Shown here: positions 59,783 to 64,000 of the stretch, piece after piece
Layout: each line of letters begins with the position of its first letter
Position numbering within the stretch: the first letter of the stretch is position 1
Assembly: GCA_037142615.1 (NCBI GenBank)
Contig: JBAXAI010000010.1
Location: 1-64,000, forward strand
DNA: 64,000 nt
Direction: 5' to 3'
Source of the DNA: Spirochaetales bacterium
GTDB lineage: Bacteria > Spirochaetota > Spirochaetia > JABEVK01
Notes under the pieces: generated by a model
The model's database searches: none
Told to the model about the DNA's origin: nothing
What the model saw: only the letters and a program-made list of their open reading frames with translations
Position numbers and translations under genes: made by a program

Positions 59783-60588
59783 CCAAACACATGCCCCGAG
59801 ATGGGCACACCCATCAGGTCCTGGTTGTGGTCGGTACGGCCGAGGTCTGTCCCCGCAGCACCGGCGGCCACAAACAATGGAATCAGGTGCTCGCTGCGCG
59901 GATGGCAGTCGCGGGCTCCGGGTGCCGACTCCCAAGCGATCAGGCGCTTGTTGCGCTCGGCGGTATCGGTCAGGGCGACGGTGGCGTTCAGCCAGTCGTC
60001 GAAGGCCTTGGCCGTTTGCGCCACGCGGGGATCGCCCGACATGAAGCCGCGCATGTTGTGGTAGCTCATGCCGCTGGCAATAATGAGCACGCCCTCGTCG
60101 CGAAGGGGTTCGAGCGCTGCACCCAGCTTGACGTGGTCGGCAGGGTCGAGCGAGCGAAGCAACGACAACTGGGCCACCGGAAGGTCGGCCTGGGGAAAGG
60201 CCACCATCATCGGAACAAAGGTGCCGTGGTCGTAGCCGCGCTCGGTCTCACGGCCGGGGCTAAAGCCGGCTGCCTTCAGCAGTTCCTCGACGCGGGCGGC
60301 CACAGCGGGGGCACCAGGCGCCGGCCACTTGAGCTGGTAAGTATGCGGCGGAAAGCCACCGTAGTCGTAGAGCATGCCGGGAGCCTTGCCAAAATGCACC
60401 GTCGGCTGGCGTTCTTCCCAATGGGCCGAGATCACCAGCAGCGCTTTGACGTCTTTGCGGAAGCGCTGACCCACTCCGACGAGCCAGGCTTCCAGTTCGT
60501 TGTAGGGAGCGGGATCGCCAAAGGCATCTTTCATGACATTCCAAGGGCCACCGCCGTGCGGCAGCGACAAAACGGGCAAGCGAGACAT
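59779..60588 (-). CDS. Class III extradiol dioxygenase (DODA/LigB-like)
   Basis: HGGGP, ISAHWE, YDYGGFP, RGYDHG, SGMSYHN, HPRSEHLIPL. Confidence 0.92.
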   Translation of the reverse strand: MSRLPVLSLPHGGGPWNVMKDAFGDPAPYNELEAWLVGVGQRFRKDVKALLVISAHWEERQPTVHFGKAPGMLYDYGGFPPHTYQLKWPAPGAPAVAARVEELLKAAGFSPGRETERGYDHGTFVPMMVAFPQADLPVAQLSLLRSLDPADHVKLGAALEPLRDEGVLIIASGMSYHNMRGFMSGDPRVAQTAKAFDDWLNATVALTDTAERNKRLIAWESAPGARDCHPRSEHLIPLFVAAGAAGTDLGRTDHNQDLMGVPISGHVFG

Positions 60589-60599
60589 ACGAACCTCCT

Positions 60600-60622
60600 A
60601 GGTTACTTACTTAAAGTAACCT
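60600..60622. promoter_or_regulatory. Perfect 9-bp inverted repeat AGGTTACTT-N5-AAGTAACCT upstream of the dioxygenase
   Basis: Seen directly; contains TACT-N7-AGTA, resembling HxlR/DUF24 (YodB/CatR-type) operators. Confidence 0.65.
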
Positions 60623-60661
60623 TGTTCACGGAGAATGTCCAGTGCTGGTCGCGCGGGGCAC

Positions 60662-61954
60662 CTACTTCTCCAGCTTGAACGCCACCACGAGCTCGTCGAC
60701 CTGCTCCTTGTTGATGGCCACCAGAGGCCCCAACTCCTGCGCGGCGATAAGGGCCTGCGCGCTGTAGTCGGCCACCTCAAGGCGGTCGAAGGCGTTCAGC
60801 AGGCTCGTGCCGGCCACCATGAGGCAGTCGTTTTCGAGGAGGACGATCGGGGTGCGGCTGGTGAGCGTTTTCACGATGCTCTCGGGGTCGGTGAAGTTGG
60901 TGCCGTAGGGCAACTTGGGAACTTCGCGCAGCAAAATGTAGCTTTCGGGGATGGTACGGCTGTCGAAGCTGGCCTCGGTGACGGCGAACACCAGCGCCGA
61001 CGGCGGGTGCGCGATGATCACCGACGCGATGTCGGGATGAGCTTCGTACAGGCGCTGGTGCAAACTCACCGACCGGCTGGGGGTTTTGCCGGCCTCGGCA
61101 CGGCCGTTTTCGATGCGCACCAGGTCGCTGGGCTCCAGGTACTTGCGGTCAACTCCATACGGGGTAATGACAAAGCTATTGCCCTCGAGCCGCTGGCTGA
61201 AGGTGCCCTGCGTGCTCGAAACCAGTCGCTGGTCGTACGAGCGGTGAATCAGGGCACACAGGTCGCGGCGGGCGGCGCGTTCGGCGCTGTTCACGGGGCC
61301 GGGCACGAACGTCGGCAAAGGTGGTTGTCGCTTGCGGGCGGTGAGCGTCACCTGCTCGGGCGCCAGCGTTCGGATCTTGCCCATGCGGCGGGCCGAGATT
61401 TCGAGCCGGGCACAGAAGTCGAGCGTTTCGAAGGCCATGAACGCCTGAAACAGGTCGAGCGCGCCGATTACAATGCCATGGTTTTCGAGCAGCACGGTGT
61501 TCAGGCCGCGCGAGAACACCTCAGCGATGGTGTCGCCCAGCAGCTTGCTTCCCGGCAGGGCGTAGGCCGCGTACTCGATCTGCCCGCACAGATCGTGCAC
61601 GTGCGGAATCAGGAAGGTCTGCGGAACTTGGCGCACGATGCTGAAGGCCACCAGGGCCGGCGGATGCGCGTGCAGCACCGACTTCAGGTCGGGCCTCCGG
61701 TCGTACACGGTTTTGTGAAACGGGAACTCGCTCGAGGGCTTGTGAGGGCCGATCACGGTGCCGTCGGGTTGCACGCGCACGATGTCGCCCCGCGTGAGCG
61801 AACCTTTGTCGATGCCGCCGGGGGTGATCCAGATGTCGCCGTTGTCGTCTTTGATCGACAGGTTACCGCCCGAGGTCGTCGTCATGCCATACGCGTAAAT
61901 GCGCTGCATGATGAGGACGATCTGGTCGGCCGGGTGAAGCAGGTCAAATTGCAT
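60662..61954 (-). CDS. Tandem two-domain class II aldolase (probable rhamnulose-1-phosphate aldolase)
   Basis: TTSGGNLS, PSSE..FH, HAHP, ENHG, then a second aldolase domain; directly after rhaA. Confidence 0.85.
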   Translation of the reverse strand: MQFDLLHPADQIVLIMQRIYAYGMTTTSGGNLSIKDDNGDIWITPGGIDKGSLTRGDIVRVQPDGTVIGPHKPSSEFPFHKTVYDRRPDLKSVLHAHPPALVAFSIVRQVPQTFLIPHVHDLCGQIEYAAYALPGSKLLGDTIAEVFSRGLNTVLLENHGIVIGALDLFQAFMAFETLDFCARLEISARRMGKIRTLAPEQVTLTARKRQPPLPTFVPGPVNSAERAARRDLCALIHRSYDQRLVSSTQGTFSQRLEGNSFVITPYGVDRKYLEPSDLVRIENGRAEAGKTPSRSVSLHQRLYEAHPDIASVIIAHPPSALVFAVTEASFDSRTIPESYILLREVPKLPYGTNFTDPESIVKTLTSRTPIVLLENDCLMVAGTSLLNAFDRLEVADYSAQALIAAQELGPLVAINKEQVDELVVAFKLEK

Positions 61955-61971
61955 CGGGTCCCCCTTGGACG

Positions 61972-63243
61972 CTATCGCTTGGAAAGCACCTCGCTCTCGT
62001 ATTTGTCGCTGACGTTGATCCAGCTGGCTCCCGTGGGCACGCTGGCGTCGAGGCACAATTTATCCCACACGGCGCTCAGAGGCAGGTTTTTCAGTTCTTC
62101 CATCAAGGCCAAGCGGGCACCAAAACGGCCGGCGGCTTCTTCGTCCTTGAGGAGGGCCGAAGGTTCGAGCAGGGCGCTGAGCATGGCTTTGCGGGCGGCG
62201 CGGGCGCCGATGGTCCAGGCCATGATGCGGTTGATGCTGGCGTCGAAAAAGTCGAGCCCGACGGCGACGCGGTTCCAGGCTCCGGCCCGCTGGATTTCGG
62301 TGAACACGGCCTGCACGTCGTCGTTGTACGTCACCACGTGGTCACTGTCCCAACGCAGGCCGCGGCTGACGTGCAGCAGTAACCCGGGAACGAAGGGCAG
62401 CATGCCGGGGATTTTGTCGGCGATGGTTTCGGTGGGGTGAAAGTGCCCCATGTCGAGCGTCAGGGCCATTTTGTTCTGCACCGCGTAGCCCATGTAGAAC
62501 TCGTGGCTGCCCACGACGTAGGCCTCGCTGCCGATGCCGAAGAGCTTGCATTCCACGGCGTCGAGCAGTTGGCTGGCGGGGAACTTTTCGGCGAACATCG
62601 CGTCGAGCGAGTCCTTGAGGCGCAGGCGTGGGCTCAGGCGGTCGGCCGGCAGGTCTTTGGTGCCATCGGGGATCCAGACGTTGTTCGACGCGGGCGCTCC
62701 GGTGGCCTTGCCCATGGCGGCGGCGATGCGGCGGCTCTGGATGCCGTGGCGGATCCAAAACTCGCGGGTAGCCTTGTCGGCGGCCGACAGCGTGCCGTGG
62801 TCGGCCTTGGGGTGGCTGAAAAAGCTGGGGTTGAAGTCAAGGCCGAGCTTGGCCTTTTGCGCCCAGGCGATCCAGTTGGCAAAGTGCTCGGGGCCCAGCT
62901 CGTCGCGGGCGATCTTTTTGCCGTTGGTTTCGGCGTACAGCGCGTGGACGCTGATCTTCTTGGCGCCGGGGATGAGGCTGGAAGCCAGCGCGAGGTCGGC
63001 GCGCAGCTGCTCGGCATTGCGGGCCTTGCCGGGGTAGTTGCCGGTGGCCAAAATGCCACCCGTGAGCGCCTGGTCGGCGTTTTCGAACCCGGTGACGTCG
63101 TCACCCTGCCAGCAATGCAGGCTCAGCGGTACAGCCGAGGCCTGCGCGACGGCACCGTCGGTATCGACTCCGAGCAGGGCAAAGGCCTGCTTGGCGGCGG
63201 CATAGTTGGCGTTGACTTGGTCTTTCGAAAGGGACTTGTACAT
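61972..63243 (-). CDS. rhaA: L-rhamnose isomerase
   Basis: SLHCWQGDDV.GFE, TGNYPGKAR, GLDFNP, WIPDG.KD, KLFGIGSE.Y.VGSHEFY, HFHPTE, RWDSDHV. Confidence 0.97.
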   Translation of the reverse strand: MYKSLSKDQVNANYAAAKQAFALLGVDTDGAVAQASAVPLSLHCWQGDDVTGFENADQALTGGILATGNYPGKARNAEQLRADLALASSLIPGAKKISVHALYAETNGKKIARDELGPEHFANWIAWAQKAKLGLDFNPSFFSHPKADHGTLSAADKATREFWIRHGIQSRRIAAAMGKATGAPASNNVWIPDGTKDLPADRLSPRLRLKDSLDAMFAEKFPASQLLDAVECKLFGIGSEAYVVGSHEFYMGYAVQNKMALTLDMGHFHPTETIADKIPGMLPFVPGLLLHVSRGLRWDSDHVVTYNDDVQAVFTEIQRAGAWNRVAVGLDFFDASINRIMAWTIGARAARKAMLSALLEPSALLKDEEAAGRFGARLALMEELKNLPLSAVWDKLCLDASVPTGASWINVSDKYESEVLSKR

Positions 63244-63264
63244 GGGGAACTCCTTGTTTGAAAA

Positions 63265-64000
63265 CTACTTGCTACTAACCGAACTTCTGAACGCTTCGAC
63301 TTCCCAGCTGACGATAAAATCGATGGCGGGCTTGGTCATAAAAAGGGGGCCGCCGAAAGAGGGGCTGGCCACGGCGATCTGAACGGCGTCGAGGAGCAGT
63401 TGTTGGGCCTGCCCAGCGGCCTTGGCGTTGGGGCCGAGGCAAAACCCGCCCAAGCCTTTGGCCAGCACGGCTCGCGGGGCTTTGCCGTACTTTTGTTTGT
63501 AGTCGGCAAAGGCGCGCGGAAGCTCGCCCACCGCATCGACCCGCACGGGTGACACCCCCATATAAACGATGTGGTCGGGGGTAAAGGCCGACGACAGCGG
63601 CCCAAACGCCGCTTCGCTTTCGGCCAGCGCCAGCACCGACTTGGCCGTTGACCGGGCGACAAACGCCACCTCGGTGCCGAGTTCTTGCCTCGCCAAGGGG
63701 GCCAGGGCCTGCAAAAAGGCGATTTCGGCCAAGGCGTCAACGCCGGCGGGGGTCAGGTCGGCCTTGAACTTGAGCTCGCGTTCCAGATCGGCCAGCAATG
63801 TGCGGTAGGTATCGCGGATCTCGGCAGGCGAATTGCCGGCCACCACAAGGCCGTGGTTCTGCAAAAAGATCACCGAAGGCGCCTTCCCGTGGGCCTTTTG
63901 GTAGGCCTCGAGGGCATCCTTGACGACCTTGGACAGCACGTAGCCCGGGTCGACGAGCGGGATCCACACCGCCACGGCACCAAACAGACGGTCGAACGCC
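63265..64000 (-). CDS. Class II aldolase/adducin family protein (5' part outside window)
   Basis: PGY, IFLQNHGL, FTPDHIVY, WEVE.FR. Confidence 0.8.
   Translation of the reverse strand, partial: AFDRLFGAVAVWIPLVDPGYVLSKVVKDALEAYQKAHGKAPSVIFLQNHGLVVAGNSPAEIRDTYRTLLADLERELKFKADLTPAGVDALAEIAFLQALAPLARQELGTEVAFVARSTAKSVLALAESEAAFGPLSSAFTPDHIVYMGVSPVRVDAVGELPRAFADYKQKYGKAPRAVLAKGLGGFCLGPNAKAAGQAQQLLLDAVQIAVASPSFGGPLFMTKPAIDFIVSWEVEAFRSSVSSK

Overview
GC-rich (roughly 60-65%), densely coding bacterial chromosome segment. It is most likely from a free-living spirochaete (inference from the DUF4032-type protein, the FlgD-Ig/OmpA giant protein and the DUF1566-type lipoproteins). Most of the window is housekeeping and catabolic: ald, mntR-mntH, an OmpR/CusS-like two-component pair, gguAB-like ABC genes, aspS, msrA/msrB, leuCD with a LysR, guaC, GH3/GH13/GH18 hydrolases, and a large split L-rhamnose locus with an extra isomerase and two AraC regulators. 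I found no rRNA, tRNA, CRISPR array, integrase, transposase or reverse transcriptase. The most unusual features are: (1) a tandemly repeated two-gene module of a small outer-membrane barrel-like protein plus a modular Ig-stalk lipoprotein with a low-GC C-type-lectin-fold (DUF1566-like) tip; (2) pervasive TANNNT-N5/6-start leaderless gene architecture; (3) a structured intergenic repeat family (CGCGTCAG...CGGGGACGCC) lying next to toxin-antitoxin genes or their fragments; (4) exported single-cysteine MsrA/MsrB beside a His-bearing small membrane protein; (5) a LysR gene whose natural start appears to be ATC. All functional calls come from motif recognition by eye; no database searches were run.
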